Shown one piece after another: positions 48,836 through 59,200 of a stretch of 64,000 nt of DNA. The translations under genes were made by a program, and so were the position numbers. Location of the stretch: IMG/VR virus record IMGVR_UViG_3300027573_000779, positions 62,001 through 126,000 of that record. One strand, written 5' to 3'. Each line of letters begins with the position of its first letter. Within the stretch, counting starts at the first letter, position 1. The notes under the pieces are model-generated. The model did no database searches. It was not told the origin of the DNA and saw only the letters and a list, made by a program, of their open reading frames with translations.

Positions 48836-49686
48836 GACCTCAATATGCCAATAGATTAATTTCAAGTTTTAACCTCTGGTTTAATAATACTCTTTTGAGG
48901 GAGGGGCAGGCTTATCAAACCACAACCTCTATCTTTTACCCAATTGGACAGGTTTACTATGGACTTTATACCTATGCAACTCCTTACAATCAATTCGTTT
49001 CAGATTATTCAGTAACGGGCGCGACGATTATCACTGGGGTTTATTTAAACGGAACCTTTGTTTCAACTGGCGTAAGTGGTTTAAAGGCAATAGATTACGA
49101 AAACGGCAGGGTTCATTTTACTGGCCAATTACCCTCAACCATTAGAGTTAGCGGCACTTTTTCCTTTAAAGAATTTAATGTTCAAATAACCGAAGAACAA
49201 GAAGAAAAGCTCCTTTTTGAAACAAAGTATAGCCCGCGTCCAAAACTAGGACAAGCTCCAACAGGTTTATGGGCAAGCACTTGGACCTATCCTATTATCT
49301 TTTTAAAGAACGTTGCAAGCGACAATAAACCGTTTGCTTTTGGAGGACAAGATGACTCAATTTATCAAATTTCCGCAATGATACTAGCTGACAGCCAATT
49401 TAACTTAGATGCTTTAAGCTCATTATTTGTGGATAAAACAAGAACAATATTAGGAATGTTAAATGAAAACGAATATCCGTACAATGTCTATGGTAGTTTT
49501 AAAACAGGACTATATAACTATACTGGCCTTGTTGCTAATAAAGATTATTCTTTTATAAATGATATCCATATATCTAAGTTCCAACCCAGTATTTATAGTC
49601 AGATGAAATTAGTGAATCCCGGCATTCATTTTGGTGTAATTGATTTTGAGATTAGTAAGGTAAGATATCCTAGACTAGGAACTTAA
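48832..49686 (+). CDS. Putative tail terminator protein
   Basis: Immediately before the tail tube gene; YPIIFL...PFAFGG. Confidence 0.45.
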   Translation: MRPQYANRLISSFNLWFNNTLLREGQAYQTTTSIFYPIGQVYYGLYTYATPYNQFVSDYSVTGATIITGVYLNGTFVSTGVSGLKAIDYENGRVHFTGQLPSTIRVSGTFSFKEFNVQITEEQEEKLLFETKYSPRPKLGQAPTGLWASTWTYPIIFLKNVASDNKPFAFGGQDDSIYQISAMILADSQFNLDALSSLFVDKTRTILGMLNENEYPYNVYGSFKTGLYNYTGLVANKDYSFINDIHISKFQPSIYSQMKLVNPGIHFGVIDFEISKVRYPRLGT

Positions 49687-49746
49687 AATTACTGTTCTCA
49701 TATTAATAAAACAGTTGTAATTAAACTTAGAAAACAGGACTAATTT

Positions 49747-50853
49747 ATGGCAAGAAACAGAGTTATTTATCAATCAGAGGGTGTATTTGCTGGTCAAAGA
49801 ACCCCTTGCACCGGTGTTAATCATACTGGCGCGGCTGATGTAAAAGAAATTTATCGTGTCCAAAGCGCGAATTATTCATTCAACCTTGGAAAACGAGACG
49901 TTAATCAATTTGGTGAACTCGCCGCAATCGATAGGATTCTAGTTGACCCTCCTACCGTTTCGCTCGATTTTACCTATTTGCTGGCCAATGTCTATAATGA
50001 ACAGGCATTGGGAATGACAGTTGGGATAAGCACTAATCCTACATCTAATGCTTTTTCAGGCATTTTTGCGGGTGCCACCGACGAAAAAGCTTACTGGGTT
50101 AAGACGGTTGCCTATGGTACTGACCTTCACGGTCTACCGTCTACTGGTTATGTTTTCGGCGCAATTGGTTTTGGTAACGGGTATATTAGCTCGTACAGTA
50201 TTGACGCTGCCGTAGGAGATTTCCCAAGAGCGAGCGTTCGTGTTGACTGCTCAAACATGAAGTTTGACAACTGGCTCAGCACCGACGAAGCAAAACAAAG
50301 CCCTTGTGTTAATAAAGAAAATGGAACACTCATTGCCGCAGATACTTATAGACTTCCTTCTGGAACGTCTACAACTTCTGCCCTTGACCAAACCACCGTT
50401 CTTCGTCCCGGTGACGTAGTTATGACTTGGGATAATGCCGCTGCGGCCACTATGGGCACGGCTATTAACGATGCCAAAATTCAAAGTTTCACTTTGTCTA
50501 GTGATATTTCTAAGACTCCGTTGAATAAGCTTGGAAGCAAGTTTGCATATTCGCAAGAAACCAACTTCCCAGTTACTGCCAGCCTTCGAATTACTGCTGC
50601 TGTGGGTGATATGAACACCGGTTCTCTTACCCAACTTCTGGAATCTACTGGAGTTAATACTGTGGGTGTCAAAATTTTTGCTCCTACGGGTTCTACCGTT
50701 AACTTCGGCTTTGACCTTAAGGGTGCTCAGCTTGATAGCCAAGAATATAGCTCCAGTATCGGTGATAGCAAAACTGTAACTATGAACTTCAGTGTTCCTA
50801 TTGCAGGCGCTAACGACCTTACTCGTGGTATTTTCCTAAGCGGAAGAGTCTAA
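49747..50853 (+). CDS. Major tail tube protein
   Basis: RVQSANYSF...DVNQFGEL; precedes chaperones and tape measure; followed by a strong terminator. Confidence 0.75.
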   Translation: MARNRVIYQSEGVFAGQRTPCTGVNHTGAADVKEIYRVQSANYSFNLGKRDVNQFGELAAIDRILVDPPTVSLDFTYLLANVYNEQALGMTVGISTNPTSNAFSGIFAGATDEKAYWVKTVAYGTDLHGLPSTGYVFGAIGFGNGYISSYSIDAAVGDFPRASVRVDCSNMKFDNWLSTDEAKQSPCVNKENGTLIAADTYRLPSGTSTTSALDQTTVLRPGDVVMTWDNAAAATMGTAINDAKIQSFTLSSDISKTPLNKLGSKFAYSQETNFPVTASLRITAAVGDMNTGSLTQLLESTGVNTVGVKIFAPTGSTVNFGFDLKGAQLDSQEYSSSIGDSKTVTMNFSVPIAGANDLTRGIFLSGRV

Positions 50854-50874
50854 TCCTGTTGTAAAATAAACTAG

Positions 50875-50907
50875 ATAAGCCCGAAGAAATTCGGGCTTAT
50901 TTTTTTT
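50875..50907 (+). terminator. Intrinsic terminator
   Basis: ATAAGCCCGAA-GAAA-TTCGGGCTTAT then T run. Confidence 0.92.
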
Positions 50908-50966
50908 GTTCTTTTTTTGGGAAACCTTGTGTAAAGATTAGTAGGTAAAAGGTCAGTTCCAAGGTT

Positions 50967-51281
50967 ATGGACATAAATAGTGAAAATCTGAAAGATTATA
51001 TTCTCTTTCATGTAACTAGAAAGATAACAAATCTTTATAAACATATACTTTTTATTCTGGAAGATTTGCGCGATGAAAAGTATTCAATGCAAGACCCAAA
51101 GAGTTATTCGCAAACCAGAAAACGGGTTTTGGATTTAGGAAATGACGCCATAAGAGAAATTAACGAACATTTTAAACATTTAGAGGTACAAATTAATGAA
51201 AACAAAACCCAATATCCAATCGGTGATTCGGGAACGTTTGTGTTTGCAAAGTCTTCAAAAAACAATGGAAGAAAAGTTTAG
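50967..51281 (+). CDS. Hypothetical protein
   Basis: Preceded by TGTGTAA at 50928 and AGGTAAAAGG. Confidence 0.6.
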   Translation: MDINSENLKDYILFHVTRKITNLYKHILFILEDLRDEKYSMQDPKSYSQTRKRVLDLGNDAIREINEHFKHLEVQINENKTQYPIGDSGTFVFAKSSKNNGRKV

Positions 51282-51429
51282 GGTGACGCCCAAGCTCGAA
51301 TATATTAAATCTACAGCTTTTTTAATTAAATTTAAAAACTGGGATGATAGCACTAAAAAAGACTTTATTAAAAATTTAGGCGGAAAGGTAAATTTTAAAC
51401 AAACACAGGAGTTTTTAAATACATTATGA
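51265..51429 (+). CDS. Small hypothetical protein
   Basis: Fills the gap; ATGA overlap with next gene; start uncertain. Confidence 0.4.
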   Translation: MEEKFRVTPKLEYIKSTAFLIKFKNWDDSTKKDFIKNLGGKVNFKQTQEFLNTL

Positions 51430-52151
51430 AAAAATTGCACGAGTTCACGGTATATAAGGAAACCGAAATAGAAGTTACGGTAAAGGATGAAAACGATAAG
51501 GACGTAGTAAAAAAGGAAAAGAAACGCGAGCCTTTTAAGTATTTTATCGCTAAACCTACCCGAAATCAAATTGATGAAGCAGACTTTTTCTATGCTCAAA
51601 AGTTTAATGAGGCGGCTAAAGCAGGACTTTTAACTAGAGCCTTGCTCGCTAAACGTTATTCAAACGATGGCGGCTCAATGAGTGAACCGGATAAAGAACA
51701 GTATGTATCGCTTTATACCGCCCTTTTTACCAAGGAAAATGAATATAAATCTTTAGCCGGTTTGCCGGAAGATAAGCAGGACAAGGAGAAAATAAAGAAA
51801 GTTACAGAAGAAATTATTGAGCTTCAAAAAGAAATTCAAGATTTTGAAGCTACCCAAATGAGTCTTTACGACCAAACTGCCGAAAGTTGGGCTAGGAATA
51901 AAACTATTCTTTGGTGGGTTCTTTTCCTGTCATATAAGTATACTGACGGCGAAAATTTTGAACCTGTTTTTAAAGGCCAGATTTTTGAGGAAAAAGACGC
52001 TGTTTATGGGGAAATTTGGGATTCAGAGGATAGTTTTCAGTTGGAAGTTGTTAATAAATTTGTCTTCTTTGTTAGTTTTTGGTATACAGGTCGCGCCAAT
52101 AAGCCAGAAGATTTTGCCGAAATAGCTAAAAGATTTGAACCAGAGTCCTAA
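51426..52151 (+). CDS. Putative tail assembly chaperone (gpG-like)
   Basis: Charged helical protein between tube and tape measure genes. Confidence 0.55.
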   Translation: MKKLHEFTVYKETEIEVTVKDENDKDVVKKEKKREPFKYFIAKPTRNQIDEADFFYAQKFNEAAKAGLLTRALLAKRYSNDGGSMSEPDKEQYVSLYTALFTKENEYKSLAGLPEDKQDKEKIKKVTEEIIELQKEIQDFEATQMSLYDQTAESWARNKTILWWVLFLSYKYTDGENFEPVFKGQIFEEKDAVYGEIWDSEDSFQLEVVNKFVFFVSFWYTGRANKPEDFAEIAKRFEPES

Positions 52152-52172
52152 AAATAAACTAACGTCCTGTTC

Positions 52173-52201
52173 GGCCCTTACCTAAAGTAGGGGCTTTTTT
52201 T
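52173..52201 (+). terminator. Intrinsic terminator
   Basis: GGCCCTTAC-CTAAA-GTAGGGGCT then T run. Confidence 0.8.
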
Positions 52202-52204
52202 GTA

Positions 52205-53221
52205 GTGAATAAACTAGATGAAATTAAACATAAAATTGCTCTTGCTGATATTTTAGTAGGTTATTCCACAGTAATATTTAATAATCAAACCATCTATATC
52301 AAACATTTTACCTTTCAAGAACACCTAAAAGTTGAACAAGAATATGAAACAAGCTTTGAAATAGCTGTTAAAAAGGGCGTTCCAACCATTGAAGACAAAA
52401 TAAAAGAACTTATTAAAGAAAAAGAGTGGACCGACGAAGAAGAAAAACAGTTCCAAAAACTTCCTCAAGATATAGGTATTTTAAAAGATACCAAGAAAAA
52501 ATTCTTCTTGGAAAAAGACGTGGAAAGAATTGATAAAAATATTAAGGCTGAAGAGGAGAAATTGCAAAAATTGGAGACTAAAAGAAACAGCCTATTAGGT
52601 TACACCGCAGAAACTTACGCAACAAAAAAAACTAACGAACTGTTTGTTTTTCATACCTTTAGAAATCAATTAGAACTAGATAAAACTTTATATTCTTGGG
52701 AAGAGTTTAATGAGTTGGATGAAAGTCAAATGGGCGATTTAATTAATCTTTTTAATAAAGATTGCGTTAGATTTGCCCCTCAAGAGATGAAAAAAACAGC
52801 TATTTTAAACTCTCACATGCAAATGATTTATTTGGCGGGAGAAGATTTGTGGAACTTTTATGGTAAGCCGGTAGTTCAATTTACCGCCCGTCAAAGCGAG
52901 CTTTATAGCCTAGGACGTTATTTTAAAGGACTTATTTCGGACTTAAAAGATAAGGTCACTAGCGATGTTTTAGACGACCCGGATAAACTAATTCAATATG
53001 TAGACTCTCAAAAAGCCGCTGAAACCCTTGGAACCGCCAAAATTCCTGAAGGAAAAGAATCAATTGGAGGAGGAACGGCTATTGTGGGAGCTTCCACTGA
53101 AGATTTAAAGAAATTAGGCTTAGATAAAGAAAAGGGCGCTGATAGTTTGGCTGAAGAAGCTGGAAAGAAAGGCGGCTCTTTAAATATGGAAGATTTATTA
53201 AAATTACACGGTTTGGTGTAA
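52205..53221 (+). CDS. Putative tail assembly chaperone (gpT-like)
   Basis: Directly before tape measure; FYGKPVVQFT..Q..L and DDPDKL motifs. Confidence 0.55.
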   Translation: MNKLDEIKHKIALADILVGYSTVIFNNQTIYIKHFTFQEHLKVEQEYETSFEIAVKKGVPTIEDKIKELIKEKEWTDEEEKQFQKLPQDIGILKDTKKKFFLEKDVERIDKNIKAEEEKLQKLETKRNSLLGYTAETYATKKTNELFVFHTFRNQLELDKTLYSWEEFNELDESQMGDLINLFNKDCVRFAPQEMKKTAILNSHMQMIYLAGEDLWNFYGKPVVQFTARQSELYSLGRYFKGLISDLKDKVTSDVLDDPDKLIQYVDSQKAAETLGTAKIPEGKESIGGGTAIVGASTEDLKKLGLDKEKGADSLAEEAGKKGGSLNMEDLLKLHGLV

Positions 53222-53241
53222 TATTATAAGAAGGATTAAGG
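53216..53241 (+). promoter_or_regulatory. GTGTAA motif and ribosome-binding site of tape measure gene
   Basis: GTGTAATATTATAAGAAGGATTAAGG immediately before ATG 53243. Confidence 0.6.
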
Positions 53242-53242
53242 T

Positions 53243-56200
53243 ATGGCCAATGATGGAGTAAGAGTACCTGTAGTACTAGAGTGGAATCAAGCGATTCAAG
53301 ACTCTATAGCACAGGCACGAAGAATCCCGCCAGTTAACGTTAGAGTTAATACTGGCCGGATTGGAGATGGTTTTAAACACGCGTCTAAAGAGGCCGAACA
53401 GTTTGAACGAGCCTTAGCTAGCGCCCAAACCCGCGTTTTAACCCTCGGGGCGTCTTTCGGCGCTCTGTTCGCAATTCAAAGAGGCTTTAAAGCCTTAATC
53501 CAAACAACCATTGATGTTGAAAAGCAGCTTAAAGACATTAATGTTATTTTGGGAGTAAGCACAAGCAGTCTTAGCACCTTTTCTGAGCAACTGTTTGGTA
53601 TAGCTAAAAATACCGGCCAAAGCTTTGAAACAGTAGCTAAAGCCGCCTTGGAATTTAGCCGCCAAGGTCTTGGAGTTCAAGAAACTTTAAAAAGAACCAA
53701 TGACGCCCTTATTTTAACCCGCCAAACTGGATTAGATGCCGCTGAAGCAACCGACGCTATCACTGCCGCTATTAACAGCTTTAGTCAAGCTGCTCTGACT
53801 TCAAGCGATATTGTTAATAAGTTTGCTAAGGTTGACCAAAACTTTGCAGTTAGTTCCGCTGACTTAGCAGAAGCTATTAAACGGGTGGGTTCTAGCGCTG
53901 AAGAAGCGGGAGTAGGAATTGATGAACTTATTGCTTTAGTTACCTCTGCCCAACAAATAACTCAACGTGGCGGTGCTGTAATTGGTAACGCTTTTAAGAC
54001 TATTTTTACTCGTACAGCCAGACCCCAAGTGCTTAATGACCTTGAACAACTTGGAATTACTGTCAGAAACGCTCAAGGAGATATTCTCCCGGCTGTTCAA
54101 ATCCTCACAAATTTGGCGAACAGTTATGATAATTTAAGTCAGGCCCAACAATCTGCCGCCGCTGAACTTGTAGGGTCTGTTTATCAAATTAACATTTTAA
54201 AAGCTTCTTTAAAAGATTTGGGTAAAGAACACTCGTTTTACTCTAAGGCTCTCAATGACTCTTCAACCGCAACTGACGAAGCTGTTCAACGTAACGAAGC
54301 TTTAAATACAACTCTAGCGGCTTTAATTAATAGAACTAAAGAAAACGTAAGGCAGTTTTCGGCTAATGTGGGACAGGACACTTTTGGCCCTTCAATTCGA
54401 AGAGTTGCTGGTCTTGCTAATGGTTTCTTGGAAAATGCTAATAACATTTTAGGTGCCGATAAAGCTGAAGTGGCTTTTAAAGAAATTGGTTCAGTTCTTG
54501 GAAAAGGACTGGTTAGGGGTTTTGGACAGTTCTTACAAGGTCCGGGTTTGGCGCTGATTGGTGTTGCACTGTTTAAATTTGCCAGTCAGTTCGCAAGGCT
54601 GGCAACAGAAGCTTATAAACTTTTGACTGACCTTAACAAAAGCACTGACCAAAGGGCCGCTATTGAGTCTCGCGTTTTAGGCGTTTTAAGACAAGAGCCT
54701 AATATTTATAGCCAAATACTAGGAAATAGTTTAAGTGTTGTTCAGGCACAAGAAAAGGTTCTTCAAATTATAACGGCACAAAATGCAGCCTTAAACGCCC
54801 AAAAAGCAATAGCTTCACAACTAACATCCACCCTCATTAATACTGGCGCAGTAGGAGTCAATCCTAAGACTAGGGAAGTGGTGACCAATCCAGCTTTAAA
54901 AAAAACACGCTCAGAAGGTAGCATTCCGAACTTTGCGGTAAATATTTTGGACGCTCAAAAGGAAATTGAAGGCGCTTATAAAGCTAAATACATTCCCGGC
55001 CAAGTGCGCCAAGTGGGAGACGCAGTAATTAATAATGCAGAAAGTATTAAAACTAGCGCCGCACACCCCCAAGAAAAAGCTATAGTGCCGCCTCAAGGCA
55101 GCGAAGCGGGACAAAAATACAAAGAAGCTTATCGAACTATTTATGGTAAAAGCCCTTATGGGGATGCAATTACCAAGGGGAGAAACGCTTTTCAGGTTCA
55201 GTGGATGAAGTCAATCGGCGCTAAAAGAGGGTTGGATTTAACTAATCCAGATAATATTTTAGTGCTTGCAAAACAGTTCAGAGAAACCTATGGGTCACAA
55301 CAGGGGCTGTTGCCATTTAATAAAGGAAAGGTGCCAAGTTTTGCCTCTAGTTTAACTTTATCAACTTCAAAAAACTTTGTTAAACTCGCAAAAGAAAGGG
55401 GTGTCAAAATTGTCAGAGAAGACCAGAGGGTTCCCCAAGGTAGTGCTTTTTATATTCGTTCTGGCGCAGAAGGAAAGAAAATAGTTCTTCCAAAAAAGAC
55501 TCCTATTGATGTTCTTGCTCATGAAGTAGGACACGACCTTTCATATGATTACTTAAATATATACTCTCCAAGACTTTTAAAAGAACAATCAGCTAACATC
55601 GAAGCCTTAAAAAGAATTCCCACAGAAAAAGAAAGACAGGGATATCGTGAAACACTAAGTCCTGCAACTAAAACATATAAAATTGGAATATTAAGAGGTA
55701 TTTTGAAGGATTTTGCTCCTAATATAGACGACGAAAGTATTTTTATTAATGAACTCAGAAAGCAGGAAGGCAAACATTCTGATAGATATTCCCCCGTAAT
55801 AAGAGCGCACAGTACCGCTTTGCGTGCTTTGATAAAAGATATAGGACCAAAAAAAGTAAAAGAGATATTGTCACAATTGCCCGAAATAGACAAAACCGAT
55901 TTAAAAAGAAAACCTTACGCTTCGGGGCACGTTCCAAACTTCAACCTCTTCAGTAAGGTTTCTACTGAAGACGAAGCTAACCGAATGGTTAAAGTCTCTT
56001 CGGTTAACGCGCTGAAGCCTTATTTGAAGAAATCAGAAGGTGATGTGCCAAATTTTGCCTCAGGGCGCGTCCCGAACTTTGCTTCTAGTTTATCTCTTTC
56101 AACTAGTAAAAAACTATTAAGGGAAGCTAAAAAAACAGGAATAAAAACACTAAGAACCAACGAACCAATACCTTATTATGATATTCCTTCGAGTTCGGTT

Positions 56201-59200
56201 CGCGCTCCAAAAGGAACTTCTTTTGATGTTATTGCGCACGAACTTGGTCACGGATTTTCTTATCAGGAAAACCCCCTTCTGGAAAGAGTGCGTTCAGATA
56301 TAAAATCAGAAGTGGGCGCTAATACTGAAATTTTAAACAGATTATCAGGAAAAGAAAAGAAATCATTTGCTAAACAAATGCTTAATCCTTTTAAAACCTA
56401 CAAGATAACATCTTTAGTTGATTCTTTAAGAGGACTGGTTCCCCTACCTGAGATGGTCAAAATCATTGGACAACACAGAATAAGAACCAAAGATTTAGGA
56501 AAAAGAGCCGGGGATTTAGGTAATTATAGTGATTTTAGAAAATCTCAATCACAAGTTCTAAGAGACATTGTTAAGACAGTGGGACCACAAAAAGTTAAAG
56601 AGCGCATTTCGAATCTTTCACCGGTTAATAAACAAGACTTAAAGGCGCGTTATTTTGCTTCAGGGCGAGTGCCCAACCTTGCCAAAAGTTCCTACTCTTT
56701 GGTTCATAGTACAACTCCACAGTTGGCTAAGACAATAGAGTCAGAGGGCCTTAAACCTAGAAGAAAAGAGGGCTTTGAAAAGGGGTATTTTTCGCAACAT
56801 GTTACTAACTTTGAGAAACTTGCTGAAGAAGTCAGAGCAAGCGAGTTTCCTGATTTGCCTAGTAGACTAAACTCGGTTTATTTAACTCCAGAAAGTCGAA
56901 AATTTAATAGGTTTGGAACGCATTTTAAAGTTGCCCCAAATAAAGAAAGCTATATTTTCAACTTAAAAAAGATAGATAAAGCTTTTGATTTAGCGGGTCC
57001 TTATGGGACGAGCACTGTTCCAAATACTAAATTACGCGAACTTGCTCGTGAATATTTCCAATCCGGCATTCCTTTAAATAGACAAAATCTAAATAAAGTT
57101 TTAGAAAAAGAGAAAGAAAATACGGGTTATGACTATGGAGACAATCCTTTTTTTGAAATCCTGACGCCGGGACCAGTTTCAGCTAAAAAAATAAAAAGGC
57201 TTAACTCAAAAGGCGCGGTTCCAAACTTTAATATTGATGTTAATGGTATTTTTTCACAACTTCCTGAGCGTGAACGCGTTGTAATAGAAGAACACGCCGA
57301 TGGATTAAAATTGGGCGAAATTGCAAAGAAATATAATATTTCAAGAAATAAAGCAAGCTCTATTTTCAATCGCGGACGTAATAGTTTTATAAAGCAATAC
57401 GGTTTGGCTAAAAAGGGTTTTGGAGAGTTCGCGGCACAAGGTAAAATCCCAAACTTTGCTAAAATCTACAAACTTCGCACTGGATTTCCTGAACATATTT
57501 TAAAACAAATTCAATCATTACATGGTAAACAATTACGAATATTTCCGACTAAGGACCACTTTCCTAAAGAGTTGCGAAACGATATTATAAAGTATGGAGA
57601 AAACAATATTCCCAAGTTTGACCCAAACTTAATAATCGACAGTAATGAAATTATTGAAGTTGAACACGATGATAATATTCGAGGACTTCATGGAACCAAT
57701 ATTGAGAAAATTGTAGTAAAGAAAACAACGCCTTATTTAGACCAACATCTGGCAATTGCCAAAGATGGCGGTATTAAGAGTATTTGGCACACTTTAAATC
57801 CAGACAGGTTTAATAAACCACAAAATCCTAGAAATAGAATTTATAGTCAGGGCCAAGTGCCGAATTTTGCTTCTTCATTTTCTAATATCAGTTTAGCAAA
57901 AGCTCCACATAATTCTACTGCGATAAGAAGACTGGGAATACCAAAAACCGGCAGTTATGCTTCCTATTACTTTGACAGGAATAAACACATAAACATAAGT
58001 TTCATTGAATCTAACCAAAAAGGGGACGCTTTTAGGTTATTTAAAGCTTTGGGGCGCACCGCCCGTAGAATTAAGCGTCCAATTATAAGTGAAACTCTAG
58101 TCAAATCGTCCAAACAACCTGACGAAAACCAAACTAATTGGGAACAACTTTTAGTAAGATATCCTCAATTACGCTACCGGGACTTACCAAACGCTTCAAC
58201 CAATGGGGTTTTTCGGCCAAATCTTCTAGGAAGTGAAGAACGAAGCTTTAACACCTTTGAAGAACTAAAAACTATAGTAAACCAAGTTCCTTCAGATATT
58301 TTCAAAAAAAACCTTAGAACAGGATTCACAAGTGTCGGCAACCTCTCCACTACTTTTAAAAACAAAGGGCAAGCGCCAAATTTTGCTTACATTCCATTCA
58401 TTTCTCCTCTTGTCGGGCGCGTGGTGACTAATTTGGTGCATTCTGGCGAAGGTTTTAGTATGGCGGCTTTAAAACCTGCTTTTAATTTTGCTAAGGAAAA
58501 GGGCATAAAACAAACGATTAAAAATATTATTTTAGACAAACCGGCGCACCAAGGAACTTTTTTTGGTTTTAACGAAGAAGGAAGAGAAGACTTCGGCTTG
58601 TCCGAATTTGGTTTTCGAAAAATGTTTGGTTTGGAACCTAGAATTCCACCAAATCCAGAAGTTAAACTCCGTCAAATTCCGGGCAAGAAAAACACCTATG
58701 CAATAGGTGGAAGAAATCCACTACAAAATTTTGGAGTTAATCTAACAACAAAAACTCCTCAAAATGTTAGATATCGCCCTCAAGACCCAAATACAATTAG
58801 AAGTTTGTTTAGGAGTCCAGATTTCGGAGCTTTTAACCTAGATGCCAACACCAAAAACAGAAAAATTCGCTATTCTGACACTTGGGATTTTGCACTCCAT
58901 GGGAGCGAAAAGTTGAATTTTAAGGAATTAAAAGACGAACTAAAAAGACGTTTTATTAGACAGCCCGAACTTGAATCTATCAAAGATGAATTTAAATTAA
59001 ACGTTCTTCCAAAAGTTTTAAAACAAAACCCTTTAAAAACAATTAAGGATATTAAAGAACTTTTTCCCAAAAACAGACTTAAGAGTGTTTTGAATCCTGC
59101 GAATCTTGTTTTCCAAGGTAATGCGGGAGCCAGTCTTTTTACTAATGAGCCGGTTCATTCTTATGGTAGTTCACAGTTAACAAAACTGTTTAGGAAGCTA

